Below, piece after piece: positions 17,779 through 28,446 of a stretch of DNA of 64,000 bases; within the stretch, counting starts at the first letter, position 1, and every line of letters begins with the position of its first letter. The position numbers were made by a program, and so were the translations under genes. A model generated the notes under the pieces. The model was not told the DNA's origin and did not search any database. It saw only the letters and a list, made by a program, of their open reading frames with translations. This DNA is from a phage: the sequence record PZ154897.1, one strand, 5' to 3'.

Positions 17779-18525
17779 TTATCCTCGGATAAGTTTAAAA
17801 ATTGAACAATTCAGCGGGTATCCTCTTTTCAGTTTAAGTTTATCAATAAAAGACAAATTTTGATACCGCTCTACACCTTGAATAATTTTATCACACATAT
17901 CATATTGCATTTCTGCTTCTGACAGCTTTTTCACAGTTTTCCAATCCGAGCCTTTAAGAAGAACGTTCAATTTAACAACTTCAGCGCCTTCTGCTATACG
18001 AGAACCATCAATACGAGCTTTGAGTGCTACAATCGTTAGCTTAACGTCAGAAGTTTGTTTTGATTTAGAAAGCTGAGAAATGTGTTCAATTCGGTTTTCA
18101 CGTTTTTTCTGTATAGCTTTAATTTGATTATAAGTCTTTTTGATTTTAGCCCATTTCTTTTCATCTAAATTTAGTTTATGAACTTTTTTCGCAGATGAAC
18201 GACCAATTCGCAAAGCAAATAAATCACGCTTTTCAATCAACTCTTCTAAAGTATAATCAGAACGAAATGTATTATACTTTTTCTTTACTGCAATAACATT
18301 CCCTTTAATGTATCCAACATTATTATCAAAACGTTCTAATGATAATTTCTCTCCTTCAATACGATTATCAAAAGGTTCTCCTGAGTAAGCGCAAACTTTC
18401 TGATCTAAAATGTTCTTAATGTAATTGAAGTCTAAGTTAAAATCTTTAGAACGTCTTTTAGCAGATGCCTGAGTATGCTCTAAACGACGTGTAATTTTAC
18501 GAATTTGATTTTTAGACAGTTTCAT
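17779..18525 (-). CDS. srd: Srd-like protein (248 aa)
   Basis: size and position between modA and dda as in T4. Confidence 0.6.
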   Translation of the reverse strand: MKLSKNQIRKITRRLEHTQASAKRRSKDFNLDFNYIKNILDQKVCAYSGEPFDNRIEGEKLSLERFDNNVGYIKGNVIAVKKKYNTFRSDYTLEELIEKRDLFALRIGRSSAKKVHKLNLDEKKWAKIKKTYNQIKAIQKKRENRIEHISQLSKSKQTSDVKLTIVALKARIDGSRIAEGAEVVKLNVLLKGSDWKTVKKLSEAEMQYDMCDKIIQGVERYQNLSFIDKLKLKRGYPLNCSIFKLIRG

Positions 18526-18551
18526 ATTTTTCTCACGGACGGGTTAACTAC

Positions 18552-18586
18552 TTATACTATAACATTTTTACTTCAGCTTGTAAACA
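18552..18586 (-). promoter_or_regulatory. T4-type early promoter (GTTTACA -35 / TATAGT -10)
   Basis: minus strand GTTTACAagctgaagtaaaaatgtTATAGT. Confidence 0.55.
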
Positions 18587-18641
18587 ACTTTATGAAAAAT
18601 GCTTTAAAACTTTCATGGTATAATGAATCTAAGTCCTTCCA

Positions 18642-19244
18642 TTATAGATTAAATCCTTCAAAGTCAAGAGTATAGATAGTGTACGTTGAATACTTTTTAT
18701 ACTCATATCTATCTGCAATTCTAAATACACTTCCAGCTGGTATCATTACTTCTTGTTCATCTGAAACTAATTCCATATTACGATAACGATGGCTATCTGG
18801 AAACTTAAAACTCGGACTATATTCTTTACAACGTAGAGCTTTTATAGCATACTCCTGAAAATTAAATACCATAGGAGCTTTGAATTCAAAAATAACCTGT
18901 GTGTTATACTCTAAACCGGAAGCAAAATGTAGAGCTATATTTTTATCATATGAAGCTGATACTACTTTATCAAATGTAATAATATCAATTCCTTGATTTA
19001 ATATTTGTTTAGTCTCAACTGGAACACCTCTCCAAAGAGGTTTATCGTTTGGAACCAAACGAGATTTGATTATTTCATTTAACCAAGTATGGTCATCTGG
19101 CTTATTAGTAATACAATGAATTAAAAGTTCAATTTCAGATAAATTAAACCCTTCAGAAAGTAATTCTTCACGAATAGAAGCACGCACCGATGCATCCATT
19201 GATTTTATTTTAAAATCTTTTAGTTGCATTACTGAGTATTTCAT
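18642..19244 (-). CDS. modA: ModA ADP-ribosyltransferase
   Basis: 200-aa ORF, T4 ModA length; tandem with paralog. Confidence 0.7.
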   Translation of the reverse strand: MKYSVMQLKDFKIKSMDASVRASIREELLSEGFNLSEIELLIHCITNKPDDHTWLNEIIKSRLVPNDKPLWRGVPVETKQILNQGIDIITFDKVVSASYDKNIALHFASGLEYNTQVIFEFKAPMVFNFQEYAIKALRCKEYSPSFKFPDSHRYRNMELVSDEQEVMIPAGSVFRIADRYEYKKYSTYTIYTLDFEGFNL

Positions 19245-19864
19245 TCAACTACCTCAATATCATACACTTTAAATGTTCCAAATGAATCGTGTAATTTTTC
19301 TTTTGAAATAGAAGTTATTTTATACTTTCCAATTGGAATCATCCATTCTTGTTCACGCACAATCATCATTAAGTTATCAGTGCGTTCTGAATCTAATCCA
19401 TCAGTATCTTCATATGTGTACTTAAATTCAGTATTAGGAGAAGAAAGTATAATATCGCTGATATGGTCAGAGTAATTAAAAGCTTTATCAGTTTTTAAGC
19501 GAAATATTATTTCAGTGAAATACTCAACATAAGAAAAACCGCACGCTGTGTGCAAACTAGTAGTAAATGAATCTACTCTGTTCGTTGAAAACACTTCTTC
19601 AACTTGTAAATCTTTAATGAGTTCTTTTGTCGATTTTGATATACCACGATATAGCTGATAAGGTGATTTAGTTAAATGCTTTTTGACGATTTTATTCAAC
19701 TGCCGATGAAGAGCTTCATTCTTTTTGGCTTCCATACATTGCCAAAGAACTGACTGTTCAAAGTCAGTAAATTTTTCACAGACCTTTTTATACATATCAT
19801 ATTGAAAATCAACGCTTTCAGCTTTTATAGATAACTGTTCAACATCTGCAAGATTAATAATCAT
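19241..19864 (-). CDS. modB: ModB ADP-ribosyltransferase
   Basis: 207 codons from ATG with GGAGG SD; tandem paralog of modA. Confidence 0.7.
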   Translation of the reverse strand: MIINLADVEQLSIKAESVDFQYDMYKKVCEKFTDFEQSVLWQCMEAKKNEALHRQLNKIVKKHLTKSPYQLYRGISKSTKELIKDLQVEEVFSTNRVDSFTTSLHTACGFSYVEYFTEIIFRLKTDKAFNYSDHISDIILSSPNTEFKYTYEDTDGLDSERTDNLMMIVREQEWMIPIGKYKITSISKEKLHDSFGTFKVYDIEVVE

Positions 19865-19885
19865 GATAGCCTCCATATACTTCAG

Positions 19886-19921
19886 AAGCTATCATATCAT
19901 TGTTAGGAAGGAAAGTAAACA
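19886..19921 (-). promoter_or_regulatory. T4-type early promoter (GTTTAC -35 / TATGAT -10)
   Basis: minus strand GTTTACtttccttcctaacaatgaTATGAT. Confidence 0.55.
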
Positions 19922-19931
19922 ACTTTTTGAA

Positions 19932-20114
19932 TTATTTTGCCCAGGGAGCCCAGGGCGGAGGGTCAAGATGGTATGAAGCTAGTTCTTCTAGAAGAGCATC
20001 TGGGGCTTCAATTCCATAATTCTGTAATACTATACGGTACTCTTTCTTATAATCACTGGAATCATTCTGGATATTCGTAGAATGATTATCTTCTAACATC
20101 TCAAATAAATCCAT
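19932..20114 (-). CDS. hypothetical protein (60 aa)
   Basis: ORF. Confidence 0.45.
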   Translation of the reverse strand: MDLFEMLEDNHSTNIQNDSSDYKKEYRIVLQNYGIEAPDALLEELASYHLDPPPWAPWAK

Positions 20115-20122
20115 ATTAATTC

Positions 20123-20593
20123 CTAGCGATAAAAACCAAAATGACGATTAGCTTCAGCAATCTTTCTTTCTTCTTCGGACATTCTCCAGCGTAGTCCAAC
20201 ATCAAAATGAGCCCAGACCATCCTAACAAATGCATTTATATCTTTAATATCTTCAATAATGAATGTTTTACTTTTAAAAGGCTGACTCGCTAATTTAACT
20301 TTATCATCTTCAAACAGGTCAAAAAGACCATATTCATGAGCTCTTTTATAGCCTTTAATAGTTAAAGCTTCAGAAGAAGAAAACGGTGAATCAGTATTCT
20401 GCAAAATATCTTCAGTATGCTTTATAATTAGAATAATATTTTCTGGATATTTTCTTTCCTTTATATCTTTAATTAAAATATCCGGATTTTCTGCTAAAGG
20501 AATAATTAACGAGCAATTTTTATCAAGTGTATTTACCGATTTACCTTCTTTAGACATAAATTCTATTGAATAATGTTTTGCTACTTCAATCAT
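20123..20593 (-). CDS. hypothetical protein (156 aa)
   Basis: ORF. Confidence 0.55.
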   Translation of the reverse strand: MIEVAKHYSIEFMSKEGKSVNTLDKNCSLIIPLAENPDILIKDIKERKYPENIILIIKHTEDILQNTDSPFSSSEALTIKGYKRAHEYGLFDLFEDDKVKLASQPFKSKTFIIEDIKDINAFVRMVWAHFDVGLRWRMSEEERKIAEANRHFGFYR

Positions 20594-20738
20594 GGGATTT
20601 CCTTTTGCCTACTAATGGACCATCAGGAATTTTGTTTTCCTGGATATATTTCTCATTTTCTTCCATCATTTTACTACCGATTTTAAGAAGCAAATCCAGT
20701 GCTTCATTTGCTTTAGCTTTAGCCTCTTCCAGCGTCAT
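20586..20738 (-). CDS. possible small charged protein (50 aa)
   Basis: hand-translated ORF filling a gap; weak SD; overlaps next start by 8 nt. Confidence 0.3.
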   Translation of the reverse strand: MTLEEAKAKANEALDLLLKIGSKMMEENEKYIQENKIPDGPLVGKRKSHD

Positions 20739-20746
20739 ATCTTTGT

Positions 20747-20950
20747 TCACGATTTATCCCCATAGATGTCTCTCATCAATTTAAGCGCTGAGCGTTCTAA
20801 TTTCTTTTCTTTCTCAGCACTAATCATTGATTTCATCCATTCTTCCGATTCGTTCTGCATTTCTTTATTTGCTTGTTCAACCCAACCATCGTCAATATAC
20901 ATTGAGTTTGGTCTATTGAACCATTCAAGCATTTTCTTCAGAACTTTCAT
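20747..20950 (-). CDS. hypothetical protein (67 aa)
   Basis: ORF. Confidence 0.5.
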   Translation of the reverse strand: MKVLKKMLEWFNRPNSMYIDDGWVEQANKEMQNESEEWMKSMISAEKEKKLERSALKLMRDIYGDKS

Positions 20951-21422
20951 TTGTTTTACCTAAAACAATAGTAGGAGCATCGTCAAATTCATGAATTTTT
21001 AGCAATTTTGGATTTAAATTATTCCATACATAATAAATAAAGTATGATAAAGCATCTTCACTCGCAATTATAAATTTATTTCCTTCATTTATTTTCCAGT
21101 CATATACTGAATCGTACGAATAAAAAGATAAAGGATTACCATTATATTGTTCTGCGCTAACATTAATGTATTCGGATTTAGTAAATGCTTCAATTGCTCT
21201 AAACGGACTATTTGGCACAGTTTCAATAATTCCGATCTTTTTAAGTTTTATTTCAGCATCTTCTGGAACTGGCATTGAAACGAAATTTTCTACGAGATAC
21301 ATAGGGTTACGATAACCCTTATCAATCATTACGGCTACAGTAATTGGAACATCTTTAGCAAACGACATGCTATTACTGCTAATATACATTTCAAACAAAA
21401 TCGCTTCCATAATTTTCCTCAA
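20925..21422 (-). CDS. hypothetical protein (165 aa)
   Basis: ORF. Confidence 0.55.
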   Translation of the reverse strand: MRKIMEAILFEMYISSNSMSFAKDVPITVAVMIDKGYRNPMYLVENFVSMPVPEDAEIKLKKIGIIETVPNSPFRAIEAFTKSEYINVSAEQYNGNPLSFYSYDSVYDWKINEGNKFIIASEDALSYFIYYVWNNLNPKLLKIHEFDDAPTIVLGKTNESSEENA

Positions 21423-21751
21423 TCACAAGATGTAGATGAACAGCTAGAATCACAAGAACTTCCGCATGAATCACCTGCCCATACATGAACAGGGACATTT
21501 GTATCATATGAATCAGAACTAGACTGTGTGTTAGATGATGTAGTAGGTGTTGACCAGCGCCAAGGATTTTTATAATATTCTTGGGCTTCTTCATAAGTCA
21601 TAGTAACTGCTTCTACTGTTCCATCTCCCATATAAACATACTCAACTACAGTTAAAGGAAGGTAGTCATTTGAAATAGGAACTACACCTTCTCCAGGAGT
21701 CGTAGAGAAAAAATCCGTAAAGAAACTTTTAAACCAATTAAAGATAAACAT
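21419..21751 (-). CDS. hypothetical protein (110 aa) with Cys/Ser-rich C-terminal tail
   Basis: ORF; C-terminus [18 protein letters not shown]. Confidence 0.5.
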   Translation of the reverse strand: MFIFNWFKSFFTDFFSTTPGEGVVPISNDYLPLTVVEYVYMGDGTVEAVTMTYEEAQEYYKNPWRWSTPTTSSNTQSSSDSYDTNVPVHVWAGDSCGSSCDSSCSSTSCD

Positions 21752-21963
21752 TACAAAAAGCCTCTTTGAAATTCGACTCTTTGAAATCCACCCCAGTCAG
21801 TATATCGCATTTCAGCATTGAACTCGACTGAACCATCTGCATGCATCATGAATGAATGCGTGACGACATCACAATCCCAGCTTTTCATACCCCATTTATC
21901 AGAGATAGCTTTATCAAGAACCTTCTGAAGGTCTTCATTTGGTTTAATCCAACGATTTAACAT
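21751..21963 (-). CDS. hypothetical protein (70 aa)
   Basis: ORF. Confidence 0.5.
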   Translation of the reverse strand: MLNRWIKPNEDLQKVLDKAISDKWGMKSWDCDVVTHSFMMHADGSVEFNAEMRYTDWGGFQRVEFQRGFL

Positions 21964-22032
21964 AGTGCTCTCCTCTATAAGATAATTCTATTATACCATA
22001 CTCATTTTGGAAAGTAAACCATAAAATGAAAA

Positions 22033-22054
22033 AAGGACTCCCGAAGGAGTCCTT
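22033..22054 (-). terminator. intrinsic terminator after soc (9-bp stem, UUCG loop, U-tract)
   Basis: aaggactcc-cgaa-ggagtcctt followed on mRNA by UUUUCAUUUU. Confidence 0.7.
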
Positions 22055-22060
22055 GAATTA

Positions 22061-22297
22061 TTAACCACCTATTGCTGTAGGCGTAAACATTGCAGCATTC
22101 TTAGTTTTCCAGTCAGCTGCATCAGAAACTACAGTAGAATATGCCGCCTTTTCAGAAGGAAAGGTCTGATAATGAGAATCTGCAATACGATGCTCGTTAG
22201 AATAAATTTCAAACGGAACAGAAACTTCCATACCTTTAACTTCTTTGCCTTCACCCGCTGGATGAGTAAAGGTCTTGATGTTAACGAAACCACCCAT
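22061..22297 (-). CDS. soc: small outer capsid protein Soc
   Basis: 78-aa ORF; VNIKTF and YQTFPSEKAAYSTV segments match T4 Soc as I recall it. Confidence 0.88.
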   Translation of the reverse strand: MGGFVNIKTFTHPAGEGKEVKGMEVSVPFEIYSNEHRIADSHYQTFPSEKAAYSTVVSDAADWKTKNAAMFTPTAIGG

Positions 22298-22506
22298 AAT
22301 AAACTCCTTTATTGTTTAATTACAGATGTATTTATATCAATCTTCAATGAAAACTTGTGCCAGGAATTCATGCTCATCTTGAATTTGTTTATATAAAGCC
22401 ATTACAGCATTTATGTTAGAGCTATCTACTTTAAGTTGATAAGCATACCACTCATATAAATTAATTAAAGCTTTTTGACGTCTAATAAATTCTTCTTTGG
22501 ATATTT

Positions 22507-22707
22507 TCATTTTGAATGCTCTATAATTAATTTTAAGGCTTCTTCACTTACAAAAATTTCGTCAGGGCTTTCTTCTGCAACCCAATCAACCATACGAAGC
22601 TGATTAGATAAGAGCTCATATGTGAGCTCCTTGTCATAATCTTTAAATAGCTGGTCAATACGTTTCTTGTGGGCTTTCTTAAGTTGACGTTTATTTAAAC
22701 GAGCCAT
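22507..22707 (-). CDS. hypothetical protein (66 aa)
   Basis: ORF. Confidence 0.5.
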   Translation of the reverse strand: MARLNKRQLKKAHKKRIDQLFKDYDKELTYELLSNQLRMVDWVAEESPDEIFVSEEALKLIIEHSK

Positions 22708-23225
22708 TAATAACCTCGGTCTTGACGAGCGAAATTTTCAGCATTTTTCAGATAATAAAGTTTAAAGATTTCTTCAGCTGACATTCCAAGAGCAATGAAT
22801 TTATTCATGAAAAAGTGAAATTGATCAATCAGTTCAAATTTAATTTCAAGTTGATCTTCAGGAGATAAATCTTGAATTTTCTTGGATTGCATTTCAGAAT
22901 AACGTTTCTTCCAAGGTTTCCATACAGCAGAAGCTTCTTTTTCACCATTACTCATACCACCAAGAGAAGTATATAACTCGCGAGTTTCGTCTGCGATATA
23001 ATCGTCTTGGTTTCGCAGCCAAGCAAGAACTTCTCCTGCAGTTTCAAGTGAATCGGGATGACGATTTGTTTCTGGTTTATCATTAGCCAAACGAATCTGT
23101 AAATGCCGCTGCATGTCAAGCATAACCTGCAATGGGTCAATACTGTGCATAATATACTCAGCATATGCACGATTTGCTTTATCAACACCTTCGATCAAAT
23201 GAGCACATTCATTAAAGTGAGCCAT
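22707..23225 (-). CDS. 56: dCTP pyrophosphatase (dCTPase/dUTPase)
   Basis: MazG-like ORF; size and synteny next to dam; start at internal ATG uncertain. Confidence 0.8.
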   Translation of the reverse strand: MAHFNECAHLIEGVDKANRAYAEYIMHSIDPLQVMLDMQRHLQIRLANDKPETNRHPDSLETAGEVLAWLRNQDDYIADETRELYTSLGGMSNGEKEASAVWKPWKKRYSEMQSKKIQDLSPEDQLEIKFELIDQFHFFMNKFIALGMSAEEIFKLYYLKNAENFARQDRGY

Positions 23226-23285
23226 TAGTTTTCCTTTCAATTCATTAATAAGTTAAATAATTATATCATTTGAGTATGTAAGCAA

Positions 23286-24077
<792 letters not shown>

Positions 24078-24134
24078 TCATTTATTGCAGCAAAAACGAA
24101 TTGTGATAAATATTATTTTTAAGGAGGACAGCGC

Positions 24135-24335
24135 ATGGTACAAAAATTAATGGCACTTGTTAATGCCATCAAAGGTAATAAAAAACGTATAGCTTTTACT
24201 ATTTCTGCTATGATAGGAATTTTACTTTGGAATTTTGTTTTATCGCCAGTTGCTATTGCTCATGGCGTTAGTATTCCAGTAATTACTCTTGATACATTCG
24301 TAGATTTAGCATTTGCTTTGGTTGGGTTAATTTAA
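24135..24335 (+). CDS. small membrane protein (66 aa), plus strand
   Basis: strong SD taAGGAGGacagcgcATG; two hydrophobic segments; convergent with gene 61. Confidence 0.5.
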   Translation: MVQKLMALVNAIKGNKKRIAFTISAMIGILLWNFVLSPVAIAHGVSIPVITLDTFVDLAFALVGLI

Positions 24336-25360
24336 ATCTTAGCATATTTAGATAGCCGCATTTTAGCCATCAGCCCCTGCGCAATATTATTTTTCATATA
24401 TTCCATAATTTGTTCAGGGGTTGCACCTTCCTTTCTAATCATATCATTGACATCTTTTGATTTCCAGGGAGATTTATCCCAAAACATAACCCTTTCTCCT
24501 GCATCAACTAATTTAGTCATTCGTTTAATAGTGTCAGGGTGACGAGGTTCATTATCTAAAACCCATACACGTCTATCTTTAAATGGAACAATTTCTAGGT
24601 CTAATTGACCACCAGTAATAGCTATACCATTTTCAATAAAAAGTGAATCTATAGGTCCTTCTAGAACATATACATCACCATCTTTAACCCGTTCGACACC
24701 ATAGATTTTTGTTGCCTCAGGATAAGCTTTGATGGTGATATATTTTTGAGGAGCATCTTTCTTTAATGCGCGTCCTTGAAAAGACTCAGCTTTTCCATTA
24801 GCATTATAAATTGGAATAACAAGACGAGGCTCAGGTATTTCCTTTTTATATGTTCCTGGCGCTATACTATTAACTAATTTAGGCCATTCGGTTGTAAACC
24901 AAAGATATTTCCATTTATCCTTTGGAATACAGCGAGCTTTTACATATTTTATAATTGGATGGCCTTCCGCCAGTTTATCTAATCTAACACATGACGGAAG
25001 AGATTTAATTATTTTCTTCTCAGGTTGTTTAGGAAGTTCTTTAGGTTTTTCTACTGGACGACTTTTACCTTTTTCTTTTCTTATTTCAAAGATATACTCA
25101 CGATATAAATCAGGTTCAAACTCCTTTAGATATATTCCGATTGGTGCATGATAGTTACAGTTATAACAATGAATATTTCCTTCATTATTATCACCATAAT
25201 ACCATCCACGGGCTTTATTTTGGTCGGTTTTTGAATCTCCACAAACAGGACATCTAAACCGCAATTTAAAAGTTGAACTATTATTTACTTGTGTGAATTT
25301 AGGTAAATGAGCTAATGCACGGTATGCAAACTCATTATCAATCCAAGGTATTGATGACAT
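24332..25360 (-). CDS. 61: DNA primase
   Basis: 342-aa ORF, T4 gp61 length; N-terminal Cys4 zinc motif; TOPRIM region. Confidence 0.93.
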   Translation of the reverse strand: MSSIPWIDNEFAYRALAHLPKFTQVNNSSTFKLRFRCPVCGDSKTDQNKARGWYYGDNNEGNIHCYNCNYHAPIGIYLKEFEPDLYREYIFEIRKEKGKSRPVEKPKELPKQPEKKIIKSLPSCVRLDKLAEGHPIIKYVKARCIPKDKWKYLWFTTEWPKLVNSIAPGTYKKEIPEPRLVIPIYNANGKAESFQGRALKKDAPQKYITIKAYPEATKIYGVERVKDGDVYVLEGPIDSLFIENGIAITGGQLDLEIVPFKDRRVWVLDNEPRHPDTIKRMTKLVDAGERVMFWDKSPWKSKDVNDMIRKEGATPEQIMEYMKNNIAQGLMAKMRLSKYAKI

Positions 25361-25362
25361 TT

Positions 25363-25527
25363 TTACTCTTCTTTTTCTTTAGATTCCTCTTTTTTCTTTT
25401 TAGGAATCTGTTCAGGGCCTTTATTTACTACAGCGCCTGATGTTGTTCCAGTAGAGATATTTTCAGGACTACCACCTGAATCTCCAGCGACCATATCTTC
25501 TTTGATAAATTCTTTATATGTTTTCAT
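25363..25527 (-). CDS. small charged protein (54 aa)
   Basis: hand-translated; fills gap upstream of primase. Confidence 0.4.
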   Translation of the reverse strand: MKTYKEFIKEDMVAGDSGGSPENISTGTTSGAVVNKGPEQIPKKKKEESKEKEE

Positions 25528-25528
25528 A

Positions 25529-26155
25529 TTAACCTCTATTCATAAAAGCATTAAAAATTTGGTCATCAATAGAAACATTTACTTTAGACTGTTTTTCTGA
25601 TGGTAATTCATATCCACATATTACAATTTTGTGATCAATATCAAAATACACAGAAGCAATATGATTAATGATGTTTTCAGTAAAGTCTAAATCAACATCA
25701 ATATCTTTTTGACCAAAGCCCAAAGGATAAATAATGCGAGTAATTCGATTATCTTTAACAAAGATTCCACCGACATACTCTGTACTGCGTTTAAAGTCTA
25801 CACGCCGACGAAATGAAAAATATTCAGGCTCTTTATGAGCTCGGCTCATAGGGCACAACGAATAACTAGAATAAGAGATGTCAAATCCTACGCCTTCAAT
25901 ATGAACTAAATTGTCATGATTAAACCAATTATAATCATATGCCAAGTCCATTAGATTGTCATATGTGAAAGGCACCGGATTAACATCATTGGTCACAAGC
26001 ATATAATTAGCAACTGCTATAATTTCATTATTTTTAACGAATACAAACCGTGGCTGATGCGAATGGCCTGGACCTGCGTTTTCACGATTAATGATATAAC
26101 ACTGGGCACCTTTATATTTGTACGTGTCTTTACACTTGTGCATTTGATAAAGCAT
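25529..26155 (-). CDS. hypothetical protein (208 aa)
   Basis: ORF. Confidence 0.55.
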   Translation of the reverse strand: MLYQMHKCKDTYKYKGAQCYIINRENAGPGHSHQPRFVFVKNNEIIAVANYMLVTNDVNPVPFTYDNLMDLAYDYNWFNHDNLVHIEGVGFDISYSSYSLCPMSRAHKEPEYFSFRRRVDFKRSTEYVGGIFVKDNRITRIIYPLGFGQKDIDVDLDFTENIINHIASVYFDIDHKIVICGYELPSEKQSKVNVSIDDQIFNAFMNRG

Positions 26156-26448
26156 TATTCACCTACCACTTCAGCGATGATATTTTTATTATTAAAGTTT
26201 TTATCGCAATACAGAACATAATTATACTGCATTACACCACCAGACTTAAGTTGTTTTTGCACTTCAGCTTTCATTTCAGGACGATCACGCTCAACGATAT
26301 TCATAATATCTGCTTCAATTTGAGTTTCAACCTCAGTCTGATCCGCAGTCATAGACCATTCGCACAAATCTTTATCATAACCTGCCATAGCAGGCTGAGC
26401 AGCACAAGAAGCTAAAGCAAAAATTGCAGCAAAAACAAATTTTTTCAT
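26155..26448 (-). CDS. sp: Spackle-like periplasmic protein (97 aa)
   Basis: internal ATG with GGAG SD; signal peptide MKKFVFAAIFALASCAAQPAMA; size as T4 Sp. Confidence 0.65.
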   Translation of the reverse strand: MKKFVFAAIFALASCAAQPAMAGYDKDLCEWSMTADQTEVETQIEADIMNIVERDRPEMKAEVQKQLKSGGVMQYNYVLYCDKNFNNKNIIAEVVGE

Positions 26449-26509
26449 GATTAATCTCCTCAGTAGTTTATGTTTATATAGTATCTCAATTTCCAATAAA
26501 AGTAAACAG

Positions 26510-26767
26510 TTATTTTAAAACTTTTGCGTAATCACATGTTACAAACTGTTTCTCTAGCTTAACGATCTTACGAAAATACCTTTTACACTGACGAATCTGC
26601 CGCTTCGTAGGGCGAACAGCAAACTTAATAAATTCCACTCGACCAAATGGAGGACTTTCTTCTGCTGGAATATCTAGCACCAATTCCCACGTATCTGCAA
26701 TAAGTGCTTTGAATTGAGTATTTTTCCTGACGTTATACGGAGTAGGTTTAAATAAAACAATATGCAT
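26510..26767 (-). CDS. hypothetical protein (85 aa)
   Basis: ORF-track 26510..26809 trimmed to ATG just after dmd stop, GAGGA SD. Confidence 0.5.
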   Translation of the reverse strand: MHIVLFKPTPYNVRKNTQFKALIADTWELVLDIPAEESPPFGRVEFIKFAVRPTKRQIRQCKRYFRKIVKLEKQFVTCDYAKVLK

Positions 26768-26768
26768 A

Positions 26769-26951
26769 TTATCCTCGGCAATCCACTTCACATACTTTCT
26801 TGTCATCAATGAAAGCTTTAACTAATGCTTTATTAACTTCAGCATATTGAGTAGTAGCCCATTGAACGTCATCTTTCATCATTGTGATTTCTTTAGTAAA
26901 CATGCTTTCATTCTTAAACCACCCCATAAAAACTACCTTTACCAATTCCAT
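26769..26951 (-). CDS. dmd: Dmd-like protein (60 aa), antitoxin against host RnlA/LsoA
   Basis: 60-aa ORF immediately downstream of gene 41, size and position as T4 dmd. Confidence 0.6.
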   Translation of the reverse strand: MELVKVVFMGWFKNESMFTKEITMMKDDVQWATTQYAEVNKALVKAFIDDKKVCEVDCRG

Positions 26952-27009
26952 AACGATCTCCTCATTTAACCAACAAGACTACTATACCATAGTCTTGTCA
27001 GCTTGTAAA

Positions 27010-28437
27010 CTAAAATTTTAATTCATTTGCCAAAGCATCTAACTGGGCTCGAGTAGATTCATTTCTTTGATAGCGATTCTGTTCAGCCTGAATCTGTTGT
27101 GAACCTGCTACTTCGTTCACTTCAGTTGGAGTAGAATCTTGTTCAATTTCTACCCATTTCTGATTTCCTTTTTGAACACCCATCAAAAACTTATTCCATT
27201 TATTCTTATCACCATATCGTGATTTGATTTGCTTAATGAGTTGTTGTTCAGCAGCTGCTAGCTCCTCGGTTTCAATGACCGCAAGCATAAAATCAGCTGT
27301 TGCTGGAAGACCGGCAGATTCTGCGATATCACTCATGTTAACATCAGAAGAATCCCAAGCTTGTTTACCAACCTGTGCTGCAGTCCAAAGAACAGTTTCG
27401 GTTTCAACAGCCAGAGCACGCAATTCTTCTGCAATAGCTTTAACAGTTGTGTAACTATTTTCTGAATAAACTCTAATGCGGCAAGATTTACAAATACCTA
27501 GATAGTCGACAATAATGATTGTTGGAACAAAATTCTTCTTGAGCTTCAATTCATTCAAGAGAGACCTGAATGTGTTAGCATCTGCTCCACCAGTAGGATA
27601 CTGTTTAACGATTAAACGACCAAGAGTAGATTTCTCACGCCATTTTTCCATTTTTCCTTTATATTCAGCGTAAGAAATATGCCCATCATCAATGTCATCA
27701 AGAGAAACATCGAGCATATTAGCGTCAATACGTTTAGCACAGACTTCTTCAGCCATTTCCATGGAAATGTAAAGAACATTATGTCCGAGCTGCAAATAAT
27801 CTGCTGCCAATGAACACAGACCTAATGACTTACCGACGTTAACACCAGCCATTAAAACGTTCAGTGTTCCAGTTTCAGCTCCGCCTTTAGTAATTTTATT
27901 TAGAATTTTGAGTTTAAATGGAACCTTACGAGCTTTATTCATATAAGATAGCCAACGTGCTTCATAGTCATCCATCCAATCATGACCAACGTAGCTATCA
28001 AATGAAATTGATAATGCTTGGCGCATGATGTCAGGAATAGCACCAACATCCGGCATTTTCTTATTTCGTTTTTCCGGAGGAAGCTCAGCATTAGTTTGAA
28101 TTTCGATTATTTTAGACGTAGCATTAAACATCGCCTTTTGCTGAACATATTTTTCTGTTTCTTTTACTAACCAGCTGTGGTCTTCCGGAGAATCAGCCAG
28201 TTTTGAAATAAGTGTTTTTACACCAGAATATTCTGTTTCAGTAAATGAACTATTTTCTAATGCAACATTTAACGCATTAATAGATGGAACGCTATGATAC
28301 TCATTGACATGAGATTTAATTAATTTGAATGTATTTTTAGCTGGACCACTTTCAAAATATTCTGAATCCATATATGGCCAAACTTTTGAAAAATAAGCTT
28401 GATCAAATATGAGATGAGAAAGAATAATTTCTACCAC
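27010..28437 (-). CDS. 41: replicative DNA helicase (DnaB-like)
   Basis: 475-aa ORF, T4 gp41 length; Walker A GVNVGKS. Confidence 0.95.
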   Translation of the reverse strand: MVEIILSHLIFDQAYFSKVWPYMDSEYFESGPAKNTFKLIKSHVNEYHSVPSINALNVALENSSFTETEYSGVKTLISKLADSPEDHSWLVKETEKYVQQKAMFNATSKIIEIQTNAELPPEKRNKKMPDVGAIPDIMRQALSISFDSYVGHDWMDDYEARWLSYMNKARKVPFKLKILNKITKGGAETGTLNVLMAGVNVGKSLGLCSLAADYLQLGHNVLYISMEMAEEVCAKRIDANMLDVSLDDIDDGHISYAEYKGKMEKWREKSTLGRLIVKQYPTGGADANTFRSLLNELKLKKNFVPTIIIVDYLGICKSCRIRVYSENSYTTVKAIAEELRALAVETETVLWTAAQVGKQAWDSSDVNMSDIAESAGLPATADFMLAVIETEELAAAEQQLIKQIKSRYGDKNKWNKFLMGVQKGNQKWVEIEQDSTPTEVNEVAGSQQIQAEQNRYQRNESTRAQLDALANELKF

Positions 28438-28446
28438 ACTTACTCC

